A stretch of DNA of 64,000 nucleotides from Anaeroplasma bactoclasticum (lineage in GTDB: Bacteria; Bacillota_I; Bacilli_A; ML615J-28; CAG-313): the NCBI GenBank assembly GCA_023667245.1, contig JAMPAL010000003.1:34173-98172 (forward strand), read 5' to 3'. Positions 39,262 through 49,656 of the stretch are shown here, in pieces. A model generated the notes under the pieces. The model was not told the origin of the DNA. It searched no databases and saw only the letters and a program-made list of their open reading frames with translations. Each line of letters starts with the position of its first letter. The first letter of the stretch is position 1. The position numbers and the translations under genes are program-made.

Positions 39262-40295
39262 TTCTTCGCCCCCATTCTAATTCTTGGGTCAATAAATCCG
39301 TAAGATATGTCTAAAACAACACCAGCTAGTAAACTAATTGTTGTAAATATTGCCATATCTACGAATAAGATATTATAATCTTTATATTCTAAAGATTCTA
39401 TAAATAATTTTCCAATACCAGGAATACCATATAATCCTTCTAGAATCATCGATCCACCTAAAATACCAATAAATTCCGCTAAAATTGATGGCACAATAGG
39501 CACCATAGCATTTCGTAATGCATGACGCAAAATAGCCTGCTTTTTGGTTAGACCTTTCGTTCTAGCTAGTAGTAAATAATCACTTTCCATTACTTCGCAT
39601 AATTCTGCTCTTGTAAAACGGCAATATCCACAAATGGAACCAAACGATAAGCAGAAAACTGGCAAAATATAGCCTAGAATCTTATACGATAAAGGATCCG
39701 TAGGATTAGGCCATTTGGTTGGCACCCACCCTAATTTGTAGCCAAAGATAAGTAGCAAGAAAATAATTAATACAAAACTTGGAATAGAAATAAAAACCAT
39801 AACTAATGTAGATATCACATGGTCAGTCATCGTATTTTTCTTTAGTGCAGCCCAAATACCCAGTAATATACCAATAGGTACAGAGAATAATACAGACAAG
39901 ATATTAATGCGAATAGAATATCCCAAACGCTCACCTATAATCACTGACGCTTTTACATTGGGATTAATTTTTCTTGATACACCCCAATCAAACTTTGTAA
40001 AAATATTTTTCAACCAACTGCCATATTGTTTCATAACTGGAACCTGATAATAATAGGTTGACTTACCAGAAGAACCATTCGTCTTATATAGATAATCCCC
40101 TAATTCTGGTTTTTCCATATTAAAGGAATATGCATAACCTAATCGTACTTGTTCTTCATAAAATGCAATTTGTTGTGGTTCTTGACCAATAGTTTTATCC
40201 GGTGGTAAGAGTTTAATCATTATGAATGTAAGCGACAAAATAATGAATGCAGTGGCTAGCGCTAAACCGATTCTTTTTAATACGTATTTTACCAT
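39258..40295 (-). CDS. oppB: oligopeptide ABC transporter permease (OppB-like)
   Basis: 345 aa, 6 TM helices with a DppB/OppB-like topology. Confidence 0.85.
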   Translation of the reverse strand: MVKYVLKRIGLALATAFIILSLTFIMIKLLPPDKTIGQEPQQIAFYEEQVRLGYAYSFNMEKPELGDYLYKTNGSSGKSTYYYQVPVMKQYGSWLKNIFTKFDWGVSRKINPNVKASVIIGERLGYSIRINILSVLFSVPIGILLGIWAALKKNTMTDHVISTLVMVFISIPSFVLIIFLLLIFGYKLGWVPTKWPNPTDPLSYKILGYILPVFCLSFGSICGYCRFTRAELCEVMESDYLLLARTKGLTKKQAILRHALRNAMVPIVPSILAEFIGILGGSMILEGLYGIPGIGKLFIESLEYKDYNILFVDMAIFTTISLLAGVVLDISYGFIDPRIRMGAKK

Positions 40296-40413
40296 AACAC
40301 TCCTCCTTTTTTCATTTTCTATATTCGTGCAAAAAGCAATTAGGTTAGTTTTTGAAACGCCTAATTGCCCTTACACATCCTCTAATAAATTTTAGTCGTT
40401 ACTAAGAATCAGT

Positions 40414-43107
40414 TTACTCTGAAACCATTGGGAACATACCATATACAGATGCCATTTCCGTTGTAGTTACACCATTAATTGTGAGTGCAAAGACAACATC
40501 AAATCCCATTTCACCATAGAATGCGGCAGTAAGATCTGCAGATGTAGTAATTGTTAAAACTACTTTTCCACCTTCGGTTGATACAACCGTAGCATCTAAT
40601 ACAGCAGCTTCTTTATAGCCCTCATCACCTTCTTGATACCAACACATAATTACATTTTGTACTTCTACTTCAGTTGCTTCTGGTAAAGTAAGTTGAATCT
40701 CAACCACAGATGTAACTGAACCATCAGTATTTGCTTTTTGATTAACGATTTCTGCTTGATATGAAGGAACATTTGCACCATTTTCAACAACGGCTTGACC
40801 GTTTGCAGCAAGATATAATGCGTCATATGACCAACGATATCCATTATAAACCAGTAAGTCTACATCTGGATCATTTGTATTTGGACCCCAGTTTAATGTA
40901 AAATTATGAGAAATTCCCGCATCAGAAGATAAAATGTTAAGGAATGCAAGTGGATTTAATGGGTCCCCACTAATTGAACCAAATCCAATATCATATTGAC
41001 CTACTAATAATTTATCATTATATACCTCAGCCCAATCTGCACCAGTCCAGAAATTCACTTCTAATTTATATTTGCCACCTGATACTGAATCATCATTGAA
41101 TGCATCTTCAAAATATTGTTTCAATTCATTATGATCTGATGTTTCTTGCCAAGGATACATCCACGCAATCTCAAGTTCAATTACTGTAGGATTTGCTTTT
41201 GTACCTGGTTTATATTTGCCGCTAGCTTCTAATTCTGCAAGAGCGATTTTGAAATATTCACGAGCAAGTTCTAAGTTATATCCATAACCATCTGTATCTG
41301 CTAATAAATCAGCAACAGCGTTTTTATGAGCTTGTGTATCGTTATATGTAATACCATTGATTGGATCAGACATATAGTTTGGTGCAAGGAAATCTACAGA
41401 AGCAATAGAACCACGTGCATCAGAATACTCTTTTCTATTGATAGATAAACTCAATGCTTTTACAAAATGTGCATTGCTTAGTGCAGGTTCAACTTTCCAA
41501 TAATTGTCTTTTGGATTTTGAACAATAGTTCCGTTTTCACCAAATAAGTATTCCCATGTAGCTTCATCAGTAGCATTTACATTTAATTTGAAATTAGCCT
41601 CTCCTCTTACTACACGTGTACGTGGGTCATTCTTATATTCATCTAATCTAGTTTGAGGAATAACCGAAGCATCTGTATTGCCTGCTAAAAATTCTTTAAT
41701 GCCTGCTTCTTTATCTGATGCAGCAGCAGTTAAGATATTCATATGAATACCCTCAATGGTATATTTTGTATCTGCATATACATAGAATGGGTTCTTTTTA
41801 TACACAATTTGTTGTCCACTATCCCAACGTTCTAATGTATATGCACCAAGTGATAATGAATTATCAACTGGTGTTTCTGTTTTGTTTTCATTGAATCCAA
41901 GGAAGTTTTTAACGCCTACTAAATCTAAGAAAGCTTGTGGAATAGGCATATATAGACCACTTGTGATGTAATACATCGCATAGAATTGAGTCATTGGATT
42001 TACAAATTCTACTTCGAAATATTCAAGACCATTTTCTTCATATACCTTAACACCTACTGAACTAAAGTCTGCTTCTCCCTTACTTGATGCATTGTAATAT
42101 GCTTGTGCACCTTTGATTGCGGCAGTAGTTTGATTCGCAAGTTCACCACCACGATATAGACCATTCTTTTGATCTAATAATAATTTAAATGGTGTAAGAT
42201 AATCTTCTAATGCAACTTCTCTACCATCAAAGGCTTGACGAGATGCCATAGTAGAATTTGTATTGTATTTTAAACCATCTTTACCTGTTTTAACTGGGAA
42301 TCTCCATGTAGTAGCACTACCATCGGCTTGTGGATTAACTGCTTGTGGTTTTTCTTTAGCAAGTTCTGGAACCCAATCATAACCATCTTTTGTTTCATTC
42401 ATAAATGTAGTGAAATAACTAGCACTCATATAAGTATATAAGTCACCTACTTGAGAACCTTGGTCATTATGATAATATACGGTACCTGGATCAGATGATT
42501 GAATTGCATGATAATATCTTTTCCATGCTTCATTCTTTTCAGTAGCTAAATCAGCAGTAATTGAACCTTCAGCTAATGTACCAAAGCCGTAACCAATGAT
42601 ATAATTTTCAGTACCTAAAGTAACACGTGGATTAAACATTTGATATGCAGCATCTTCATATAGACTGATACCTGTAAGACCATTTTTAACGCCATATGCT
42701 TCTAAAAGCCCTAAAATTTCAGTTTTTTCTTCATTGCTTAAAGAAATAAAAGAATACACACCATTAGCAAGTGGAATTTGATTTGCAATTTCAGCTTTAG
42801 CCGCTTTAAATGCTGCTTGAACTTCTTTCACTGACTTTGCTGCATTCATTGCTGCAACACCAGCGTCTTTTTTAGCATTCACCAATTTCAACACACTTGC
42901 ATCAAGTTGATTGCTAATCCCTTTTACAACATTTTCTAAATCATATACCATATATGCCTTATAATCTGACAATGATAGATAATCTGGATTTACATCTTCA
43001 TCTACTGGTGGTTTAGGAGTTGGCTTGTCAGTCTTACAACCAACTAGTGCTATTCCAGCAACCAATACCATCAATAGAACAGAAAACTTCTTACATAATT
43101 TTTTCAT
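40414..43107 (-). CDS. oppA: oligopeptide-binding lipoprotein (OppA-like, family-5 SBP), about 900 aa
   Basis: Start trimmed to MKKLCKKF because GGGGAGG lies 7 nt upstream. Lipobox LVGC. It is the first gene of the opp operon. Confidence 0.7.
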   Translation of the reverse strand: MKKLCKKFSVLLMVLVAGIALVGCKTDKPTPKPPVDEDVNPDYLSLSDYKAYMVYDLENVVKGISNQLDASVLKLVNAKKDAGVAAMNAAKSVKEVQAAFKAAKAEIANQIPLANGVYSFISLSNEEKTEILGLLEAYGVKNGLTGISLYEDAAYQMFNPRVTLGTENYIIGYGFGTLAEGSITADLATEKNEAWKRYYHAIQSSDPGTVYYHNDQGSQVGDLYTYMSASYFTTFMNETKDGYDWVPELAKEKPQAVNPQADGSATTWRFPVKTGKDGLKYNTNSTMASRQAFDGREVALEDYLTPFKLLLDQKNGLYRGGELANQTTAAIKGAQAYYNASSKGEADFSSVGVKVYEENGLEYFEVEFVNPMTQFYAMYYITSGLYMPIPQAFLDLVGVKNFLGFNENKTETPVDNSLSLGAYTLERWDSGQQIVYKKNPFYVYADTKYTIEGIHMNILTAAASDKEAGIKEFLAGNTDASVIPQTRLDEYKNDPRTRVVRGEANFKLNVNATDEATWEYLFGENGTIVQNPKDNYWKVEPALSNAHFVKALSLSINRKEYSDARGSIASVDFLAPNYMSDPINGITYNDTQAHKNAVADLLADTDGYGYNLELAREYFKIALAELEASGKYKPGTKANPTVIELEIAWMYPWQETSDHNELKQYFEDAFNDDSVSGGKYKLEVNFWTGADWAEVYNDKLLVGQYDIGFGSISGDPLNPLAFLNILSSDAGISHNFTLNWGPNTNDPDVDLLVYNGYRWSYDALYLAANGQAVVENGANVPSYQAEIVNQKANTDGSVTSVVEIQLTLPEATEVEVQNVIMCWYQEGDEGYKEAAVLDATVVSTEGGKVVLTITTSADLTAAFYGEMGFDVVFALTINGVTTTEMASVYGMFPMVSE

Positions 43108-43159
43108 AATTTTCCTCCCCTGATTTTTTAATCGAAAACATTTACTAATGTTTGATACC

Positions 43160-43188
43160 ATTATATAATAAAAAATAAATTATATCAA
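43160..43188 (-). promoter_or_regulatory. sigma-A type promoter of the opp operon (TTGATA-17-TATAAT)
   Basis: On the minus strand: TTGATA (complement of 43183-43188), a 17-nt spacer, TATAAT (complement of 43160-43165), about 50 nt upstream of the oppA start. Confidence 0.6.
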
Positions 43189-43411
43189 CCTTTTTTATAT
43201 TGAAAACGCTTACTTTGGCATTTTTTTCTTTTTTTGGAAATTATTTAATATATAAAAAATGCTTTTTTTACTTTAGTTTTTACCAAATTTACTACTAAAT
43301 GGCATATTTGCAAATATGGCAAAATTACCTCTTTTTCTCTTATCACTGTCTTACAAAAGTATTGACAATTAGAAAAAGAAAGTGTATAATAAAGGGCAAA
43401 GGAGATGGAAT

Positions 43412-43771
43412 ATGGCTCAATACGAAGAAGTGATTATCGATGGAAATCAAGTGAAAAGCAAAGAGAAAAGAAACCGAAATAAACTTTCAAAAAAAATTTC
43501 AAAGGCAATGCCATTACTTGCATTAACTGCTTTTTTAATTTTAGGCTTTTGCAAAAATGCATGGCACCCTGGTTGGGTTGTTTTTCTCAGTATTCCATTA
43601 ACGGAAGTCGTGCTCAGTGTATTTAAAAAAGAAGGAAAAGCAAAATACGTTAGCATTGCCTTTATTATCAGTGTGATAGCCTATGCAGCACTTGGATTTT
43701 GTTTAAATGCTTGGCATCCTGGGTGGCTCGTCTTCTTTTTAGTACCTATAGTAAGTATTTTTGCTGAATAA
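43412..43771 (+). CDS. small membrane protein with an internal duplication (two (F/L)C(K/L)NAWHPGW(V/L)VF hairpins), hypothetical
   Basis: Start taken at MAQYEEV because AAAGGAG lies upstream. It has a K-rich cytoplasmic N-terminus, then two homologous TM-hairpin units. Confidence 0.45.
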   Translation: MAQYEEVIIDGNQVKSKEKRNRNKLSKKISKAMPLLALTAFLILGFCKNAWHPGWVVFLSIPLTEVVLSVFKKEGKAKYVSIAFIISVIAYAALGFCLNAWHPGWLVFFLVPIVSIFAE

Positions 43772-43774
43772 TCA

Positions 43775-44005
43775 AAACATATGATATGGAAATAGTAATC
43801 TATTCTTATCTTGTAAAGTGAACAATGGAGAGTGGGAACATTGTTAAGAAAGATAGATGAATGGATCCATAGATGTAAAAAGAGGAAATGCTTTTTCGTT
43901 TTAACCGCGTTAAGGTTTCGAGAATATAAGTAATTGCACTTATATTGAATAAAGGTGGTACCACGATGCTTTCGTCCTTTTGAGGACAAAAGCATTTTTT
44001 TATTT
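43775..44005 (+). promoter_or_regulatory. T-box riboswitch leader of trpS (expected Trp specifier)
   Basis: T-box consensus AATAAAGGTGGTACCACG at 43948-43965, overlapping the terminator ATGCTTTCGTCC (43966-43977) / GGACAAAAGCAT (43984-43995) + TTTTTTT, immediately upstream of the trpS RBS AAAGGAG. Confidence 0.8.
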
Positions 44006-44026
44006 TATGCATAAAGGAGATATTAT

Positions 44027-45028
44027 ATGAAAACTATTATATCAGGAATTCAGCCTTCTGGTAGACTGACGCTAGGAAATTATCTTGGCGCTATTAAAAA
44101 TTTTGTTGATCTACAAAATAATGGAAACTATGACGAATTTTTCGTTTTTATTGCTGATTTACACGCCATTACGGTTCCAAAAGACCCCATTCAATTGAGA
44201 AAAACAATTAAAGAACTTGCGGCACTATATTTAGCATGCGGATTAAATCCCGATAAAGTTACCTTATTTATCCAATCTGAAGTACACGAACATGCAGAAA
44301 TAGGCTATTTATTACAAACAATTACTTATATAGGCGAACTAGAAAGAATGACCCAATATAAAGACAAAAAAGTAAAACAAATAGAAGGTGTGTCTAGTGC
44401 ACTACTCACTTATCCTGTCCTAATGGCTGGTGATATTTTATTGTACAATGCAGATGGTGTTCCCATTGGACACGATCAAAAACAACATTTGGAATTGACA
44501 AGAAATTTAGCCGAACGATTCAATGCAAAATTTGGTGAGTTTTTTCACGTCCCAGAACCAATCATTGCTCCTCAAGGTGCAAAGATTTGCTCCCTTCAAG
44601 ACCCAACCAAAAAAATGTCTAAATCCGATCCAATTGAAAAAGCTTGTATTTATTTAGACGATACTGCTGCCATTGTTCGGAAAAAAATTGCGAGCGCTGT
44701 AACTGATAGTGATGGTAGTATTCGCTATGATCCTATTCATAAACCTGGTGTTTCTAATCTGATGACTATTCTATCTTGTTGTACTGGTGAAAGTATGGAT
44801 TCTATTGAAAAACGACTACAAGGTTGTGGATATGGCGTTTTAAAAGAAAATGTAAGTAATGCAATTATAGAAGTACTTACACCTATTCAAGAACGCTATC
44901 AAGCTTTTTTAAATGACAAAGAAGGCTTAAATGTAATTTTAAATCAAGGGCGGGATAAGGCAAGTTATTTTGCTAAAAAAAATCTAGTCAAAATCAAAAA
45001 GAAAATGGGTGTAGGTAGAATTATTTAA
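44027..45028 (+). CDS. trpS: tryptophan--tRNA ligase
   Basis: 333 aa with a class I HIGH-like block (SGIQPSGRLTLGNYLG) and KMSKS. Confidence 0.95.
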   Translation: MKTIISGIQPSGRLTLGNYLGAIKNFVDLQNNGNYDEFFVFIADLHAITVPKDPIQLRKTIKELAALYLACGLNPDKVTLFIQSEVHEHAEIGYLLQTITYIGELERMTQYKDKKVKQIEGVSSALLTYPVLMAGDILLYNADGVPIGHDQKQHLELTRNLAERFNAKFGEFFHVPEPIIAPQGAKICSLQDPTKKMSKSDPIEKACIYLDDTAAIVRKKIASAVTDSDGSIRYDPIHKPGVSNLMTILSCCTGESMDSIEKRLQGCGYGVLKENVSNAIIEVLTPIQERYQAFLNDKEGLNVILNQGRDKASYFAKKNLVKIKKKMGVGRII

Positions 45029-45038
45029 CAAATAAAAA

Positions 45039-45076
45039 CAGTCTTAAAGGTAAACATATCTTTAAGACTGTTTTTC
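45039..45076 (+). terminator. rho-independent terminator of trpS
   Basis: Inverted repeat cagtcttaaag / ctttaagactg followed by TTTTT. Confidence 0.7.
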
Positions 45077-45122
45077 TATGCAATTTATATGATATGTAAG
45101 TATACACCCGATAAAGTACGCC

Positions 45123-46904
45123 TTATACTTCACATAGGAATACTGCCTTTTTATCTTCTAATAACATACCGATTGTTATACATACCATAAATGAATTTTT
45201 CTTATTCATATGTATTCTTCTTGTTATTTCACTAGAATTGGTTGCATAGGTAGAAATAGCAATCATATCTTTATGGCTAAAGTGCCACTCATATTCATTT
45301 TTAGAGCTTTGCAAGCACATCATAGATTGACTGAATTTTTGATACGGAGGAGATTCTTTTTTAGAAATAAATTCCTTATTACTCTTTTTGATCATATGTA
45401 CATTTTGCAAACCTAAGAAAGAACTATCCTCCTGCTTTTTTTCATTGGGAGTAAACGGATTTAGTCTGAAATCGTTTGGATATATAGCATTATATACATT
45501 GAATAAAATTTTGATAGAGTAGCCCAATACAAGATGTATCGGGTTCTTTATATGAATGTCAAGACTTAACATATCTTTATTGCTTTTTGCATTTTCTATT
45601 TCTAAATAATATATCCCTTTTGATAGTATATATTCCTTATCTTTGGTTATATCACTTGCCTTTTTTATGTAAGGTTCAATTCTTTCTAGACTTTCATTAT
45701 ATAATGTAATATGTAGCGTTTCATAACTATGAGCAATAATTTGATAACATTGAACCGATTCTACATTCAGTTTATAATACATTTTGGATAAAGAATTGAT
45801 GATTTTTGTGTCTTTTATTTTTGAATTATCTTTATTTATGTCATATTCTTCTACAAATTCAATCGTATCTATGTGTCTACACCCTTGACATTTGAAGTAA
45901 TCTAAATTTCCAAAAGATGCAACCAATAGCATACGAGTAGAATCATTTCCATAATGATTACAACTTTGATAAGTTATTCTATGGTCCTCAAAATTTTTTA
46001 CATTATACATCACGCTATTGCAAATTGCACAAATCAAATCAATGGTATTATCTATATTCGACCTTTTCATCCAGATATGATTTTCATCCGTATGTAATCC
46101 CCTTGTAATGGCTATCCCCGCAATATCTTGATAGGTTGCAGCTAGCTGATAATTCAACCCATCTCCATATCCCATCAATAATTCTTCATGATGGTGATTG
46201 GGCGCACAATATGCATCCACATCCCTTAATCCTAAAACGTGTCCTAATTCATGCATTCCTGTGCGTTCTTTATGAATATAAGCCAATTGGGCGCTTATAT
46301 CCTGATTTTGATAAAAATAATGCAGATTTACATTCATATACCATTTCTCATAATGTATATGACGCAAACGTGGTGTATGTGTATCTATCTCGGTTCCTAC
46401 ACCGAGTGGCGCAGTTGAGGCAATGTAGGGTGCTGTAGCATCAATTGGATAAATTAGCAAATTATAATTGTCTTTTGTGCCTTCTTCTATTGTGATCAAT
46501 TGTTTTTTTATTCTACCACCAAGTGAATCATACATGTAATAAAATACATCATTCCATTTGCATAAACTTTTTATAAAAGCGTTTTGAATCTCATCTGCTA
46601 TTTCTTTTGAAACATCTGTTGTCCATGTATAATCCACATCATCTTTTGCATGATCTGAAACATAATATCGTATTATACCCGTATCTTCGCTCAAATGTAA
46701 GTATTCATCATACTCCAAAAAAGGACGATGCAATAAATACCATAATTCATCTTCTCCTTCTTGATTTTTTGATGGTTGGCAAACATCATATGTCACATCT
46801 AATACATCTGAATGAGCAAAAATAGTATCAGAAGGAACCATTTTATAAATAAAAACAAAAAATAATACACATGCTAAAAGAAACTTTGATTTCATTATTT
46901 TCAC
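45123..46904 (-). CDS. secreted zinc metallopeptidase (metzincin-like HEXXHXXGXXD) with a C-terminal Cys-rich zinc-ribbon-like region
   Basis: 593 aa with a signal peptide, MHELGHVLGLRD, and downstream CAICNSV...C...CQGC cysteine clusters. Confidence 0.6.
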   Translation of the reverse strand: MKIMKSKFLLACVLFFVFIYKMVPSDTIFAHSDVLDVTYDVCQPSKNQEGEDELWYLLHRPFLEYDEYLHLSEDTGIIRYYVSDHAKDDVDYTWTTDVSKEIADEIQNAFIKSLCKWNDVFYYMYDSLGGRIKKQLITIEEGTKDNYNLLIYPIDATAPYIASTAPLGVGTEIDTHTPRLRHIHYEKWYMNVNLHYFYQNQDISAQLAYIHKERTGMHELGHVLGLRDVDAYCAPNHHHEELLMGYGDGLNYQLAATYQDIAGIAITRGLHTDENHIWMKRSNIDNTIDLICAICNSVMYNVKNFEDHRITYQSCNHYGNDSTRMLLVASFGNLDYFKCQGCRHIDTIEFVEEYDINKDNSKIKDTKIINSLSKMYYKLNVESVQCYQIIAHSYETLHITLYNESLERIEPYIKKASDITKDKEYILSKGIYYLEIENAKSNKDMLSLDIHIKNPIHLVLGYSIKILFNVYNAIYPNDFRLNPFTPNEKKQEDSSFLGLQNVHMIKKSNKEFISKKESPPYQKFSQSMMCLQSSKNEYEWHFSHKDMIAISTYATNSSEITRRIHMNKKNSFMVCITIGMLLEDKKAVFLCEV

Positions 46905-46990
46905 CCCATCTTTTTTCCTATATTATATAGCAGAAAAAAGATGAAAGATGTCGAATTTTAGTATGATTTCATATAGATTTATATTTGTTT

Positions 46991-47018
46991 ATAAAAAAGG
47001 ACATACCAAAGTATGTCC
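46991..47018 (-). terminator. rho-independent terminator ending the long MurNAc/Etf-LDH operon
   Basis: Perfect 8-bp GC-containing stem ggacatac-caaa-gtatgtcc, followed on the minus strand by UUUUUUAU, 8 nt after the stop of the FAD oxidase gene. Confidence 0.75.
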
Positions 47019-47025
47019 TGCATTC

Positions 47026-48426
47026 TTATTCTACTACTTTTCCTGGATTTAAAATATCATTGGGATCAAAGACCGCTTTAATTCCTTTCATTAAACGAAC
47101 TTGATTTTCTCCAAGTACTTCTTTCATATAAGTTTTCTTGGCATAACCAATGCCATGCTCACCAGAAACGAGTCCTCCTACTGCTTTTGCCTTTTTATAC
47201 ATTTCATCAAAGATTGCGGATAGCTTTTCTTCAAACTCTGTATGACTATAAGCATCTTTACAAATATAAATATGAAGATTACCATCTCCAGCATGCCCAA
47301 ACGATGGAATTCGAATTTGATATTTTTCGGCAAGTTCATAAGTAAATTTAATATAATTGGCAATCTCACTACGAGGTACAACAACATCACACTCATCCAT
47401 TTGTGTAGTTGATGCTTTGATAGCCTCTAAGAAAGCCCCTCTAGCTTTCCATACAGATTCTTTTCTTTCTTCAGTGTCTACAATAAAAACATCAGTTGCT
47501 CCTAGCTGATTGAGACATACATCAGCAGCAAGTTGATAATTATAATTCAGTTCTTCTTTTGTTTTCCCCTCAAAAGTTAAAAGGATGTATGAATCACTTT
47601 TGGTATCTGGAAATTTTTTTCCTAAGAATTCTTCTGCAAATAAGATAGTTTGCCGTTCAAAAAATTCGATTGCGGTTGGAGAAACTTTTGCTTTAATAAT
47701 TTCTGGTACTGCATCTAGTCCCTCTTGTTCAGTTGGAAAAGGAACTAGCAAACTAATACTTTCTACTGGTTTCGGGTCCAATTTTAAAATAGCCTTGGTA
47801 ATAATACCTAAAGTGCCTTCACTACCAATCATCAGTTGTTTGAGCGGATATCCTGTTGAATCTTTTACTACCTTTCTACCAAACCATTCAATATCACCAT
47901 TAGGTAACACAACCTCTAGTGCCCTTACCCAATCTCTTGTTACACCATATTTTACTGCACGCATACCACCTGCATTAGTGGCAATATTTCCACCTATAGT
48001 CGCACTTTTTTCACCCGGGTCTGGTGCATAAAAATATCCTTTTGGCTCTACATAATCATAAATCTCCATAAGCAGAACACCAGGTTCAACGGTTAATGTC
48101 AAATTAGATTCGTCTAATTCCAAAATGTGATTCATTTTAGATGTGTTGATGATAATACCACCAAATAGTGGTACACATGCCCCAACAAGTCCTGTTCCGC
48201 TTCCTCGAACGACAACAGGAATCAAATGTTCGTTCGCATATTTCATAATTTTGGATACTTCCTCGGCGCTTTTGACATACATCATGACATCAGGTTTGCC
48301 ACTTACTGTTCCTAATTCATCTTTACCAAAATCTTCTGAAATTGCATCACCTTCTAAAAAGTCTTGTTGGTCTACAATTGTTTTTAAATAGGCTATATCT
48401 TGATTTGTTATTTTATTATATGCCAT
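47026..48426 (-). CDS. FAD-binding oxidoreductase of the GlcD/Dld family (putative FAD-dependent D-lactate dehydrogenase, LctD-like)
   Basis: 466 aa with an FAD-binding PCMH domain ([16 protein letters not shown]...[13 protein letters not shown]) and the C-terminal FAD-linked oxidase domain. It sits directly downstream of etfBA. Confidence 0.75.
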   Translation of the reverse strand: MAYNKITNQDIAYLKTIVDQQDFLEGDAISEDFGKDELGTVSGKPDVMMYVKSAEEVSKIMKYANEHLIPVVVRGSGTGLVGACVPLFGGIIINTSKMNHILELDESNLTLTVEPGVLLMEIYDYVEPKGYFYAPDPGEKSATIGGNIATNAGGMRAVKYGVTRDWVRALEVVLPNGDIEWFGRKVVKDSTGYPLKQLMIGSEGTLGIITKAILKLDPKPVESISLLVPFPTEQEGLDAVPEIIKAKVSPTAIEFFERQTILFAEEFLGKKFPDTKSDSYILLTFEGKTKEELNYNYQLAADVCLNQLGATDVFIVDTEERKESVWKARGAFLEAIKASTTQMDECDVVVPRSEIANYIKFTYELAEKYQIRIPSFGHAGDGNLHIYICKDAYSHTEFEEKLSAIFDEMYKKAKAVGGLVSGEHGIGYAKKTYMKEVLGENQVRLMKGIKAVFDPNDILNPGKVVE

Positions 48427-48435
48427 TTTTTCCTC

Positions 48436-49656
48436 CTACAATATCCCTTTTGTTTTCTTGATATTTTCAATCAATTGAGGTACAACTTGATAAATATCTC
48501 CTACAATGCCATAATGTGATACATCAAAAATGGATGCGGATGGATCTTGATTGACAGAAACTATCATTTGGCTACCTGTCATACCTGCTGTATATTGAAC
48601 TGCACCACTGATTCCTAAATTAATGATTAATTTAGGAGCTACTGTCCTTCCACTTAAACCCACTTGAAATTTAGCATCTTTGAAACCGGATTCAATTAAT
48701 GGTCTTGTTACCGCAACGACACCACCTAGTAAATTAGCTAGTTCTTCTGCCATTGCCAAATCTTCTTTTGACTTAAATGCTCTTCCACAAGCGACAATAA
48801 CATCTGCTTCTGAAATATCCGTTACTTTTTCTTTTTCTTTGATTTCAAGTGTTTCAATATGGCTTGACTTTTCAATTGACGTCGTATCCATATACACTTT
48901 TTCGCCAAATGGAATGACTTTTTCAGGCATTTTAAAAATTTTGTAACGTACTGTTGACATTTGTGGGCGATGATTTGGACAAACAATTTGAGCCATAACA
49001 TTACCACCAAAAGCAGGTCGTACTTGAATTAAATCAGAGTTTTCCTTCATTCCTAAAATGGTACAATCTGCAGTCAAACCAGTTCTAAAATGAGCTGCAA
49101 CTCTTGGTGCAAAACTTCTGCCAAGCGATGTTCCTCCATATAAAAGAACAGAAGGTTGAACTTTTGAAACAAAGTCTTCAACACATCTTGCATATCGTTC
49201 CATATTGAATGTGCTATATGCATCATCTTCATAGATAAATACCTTATCTACTCCATATGCCAATATTTCTTCCGCATAAGCATCATTTTTTTCCTTTGAC
49301 CCAATTAAGATGGCATATACTGGATGTTGACATACTGCGGCTAACTCCTTTGCCTTTCCAATAAGTTCGAAAGACACAGGATGAATACCATCTAAGTCTA
49401 CTTCAACAAATACACTCACACCAACCCACTTGGTTTTATCAATTCGTGGTGTACTATCTTGAACAATTTCTTCAGTTACCACACCATTTGGTCCTTTTTT
49501 AGCGCATAAGCCACAATTTTTGCATCCTGCAGTAAAGTTCAATTGTTGATTGGTATACTCCAATCCGCCAAAAGGACATATTTTGATTACTGCCTCAGCA
49601 GTTTCTTGATTCACTTTTTCTTGATGAATTGTTAATTTTTTTGCCATATCAATCAC
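48436..49656 (-). CDS. etfA: electron transfer flavoprotein alpha subunit with an N-terminal ferredoxin-like [4Fe-4S] domain (bifurcating-type EtfA, LctC/CarE-like)
   Basis: 406 aa with an N-terminal Cys cluster (ICPF...CKNCGLC), then a canonical EtfA FAD-binding domain (VACGRAFKSKEDL...GISGAVQYTAGM). Confidence 0.8.
   Translation of the reverse strand: MIDMAKKLTIHQEKVNQETAEAVIKICPFGGLEYTNQQLNFTAGCKNCGLCAKKGPNGVVTEEIVQDSTPRIDKTKWVGVSVFVEVDLDGIHPVSFELIGKAKELAAVCQHPVYAILIGSKEKNDAYAEEILAYGVDKVFIYEDDAYSTFNMERYARCVEDFVSKVQPSVLLYGGTSLGRSFAPRVAAHFRTGLTADCTILGMKENSDLIQVRPAFGGNVMAQIVCPNHRPQMSTVRYKIFKMPEKVIPFGEKVYMDTTSIEKSSHIETLEIKEKEKVTDISEADVIVACGRAFKSKEDLAMAEELANLLGGVVAVTRPLIESGFKDAKFQVGLSGRTVAPKLIINLGISGAVQYTAGMTGSQMIVSVNQDPSASIFDVSHYGIVGDIYQVVPQLIENIKKTKGIL

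Noticed and set aside
43108-43161. Extended N-terminus (MVSNISKCFRLKNQGRKI) of the OppA-like protein
   Set aside because: The ATG at 43107 is preceded by GGGGAGG and starts a typical lipoprotein signal peptide. The extension has no RBS.
43447-44012. Minus-strand ORFs 43447-43656, 43681-43995, 43806-44012
   Set aside because: They overlap the plus-strand small membrane gene and the trpS T-box leader. There are no RBSs, and the T-box and terminator structure explains the sequence.
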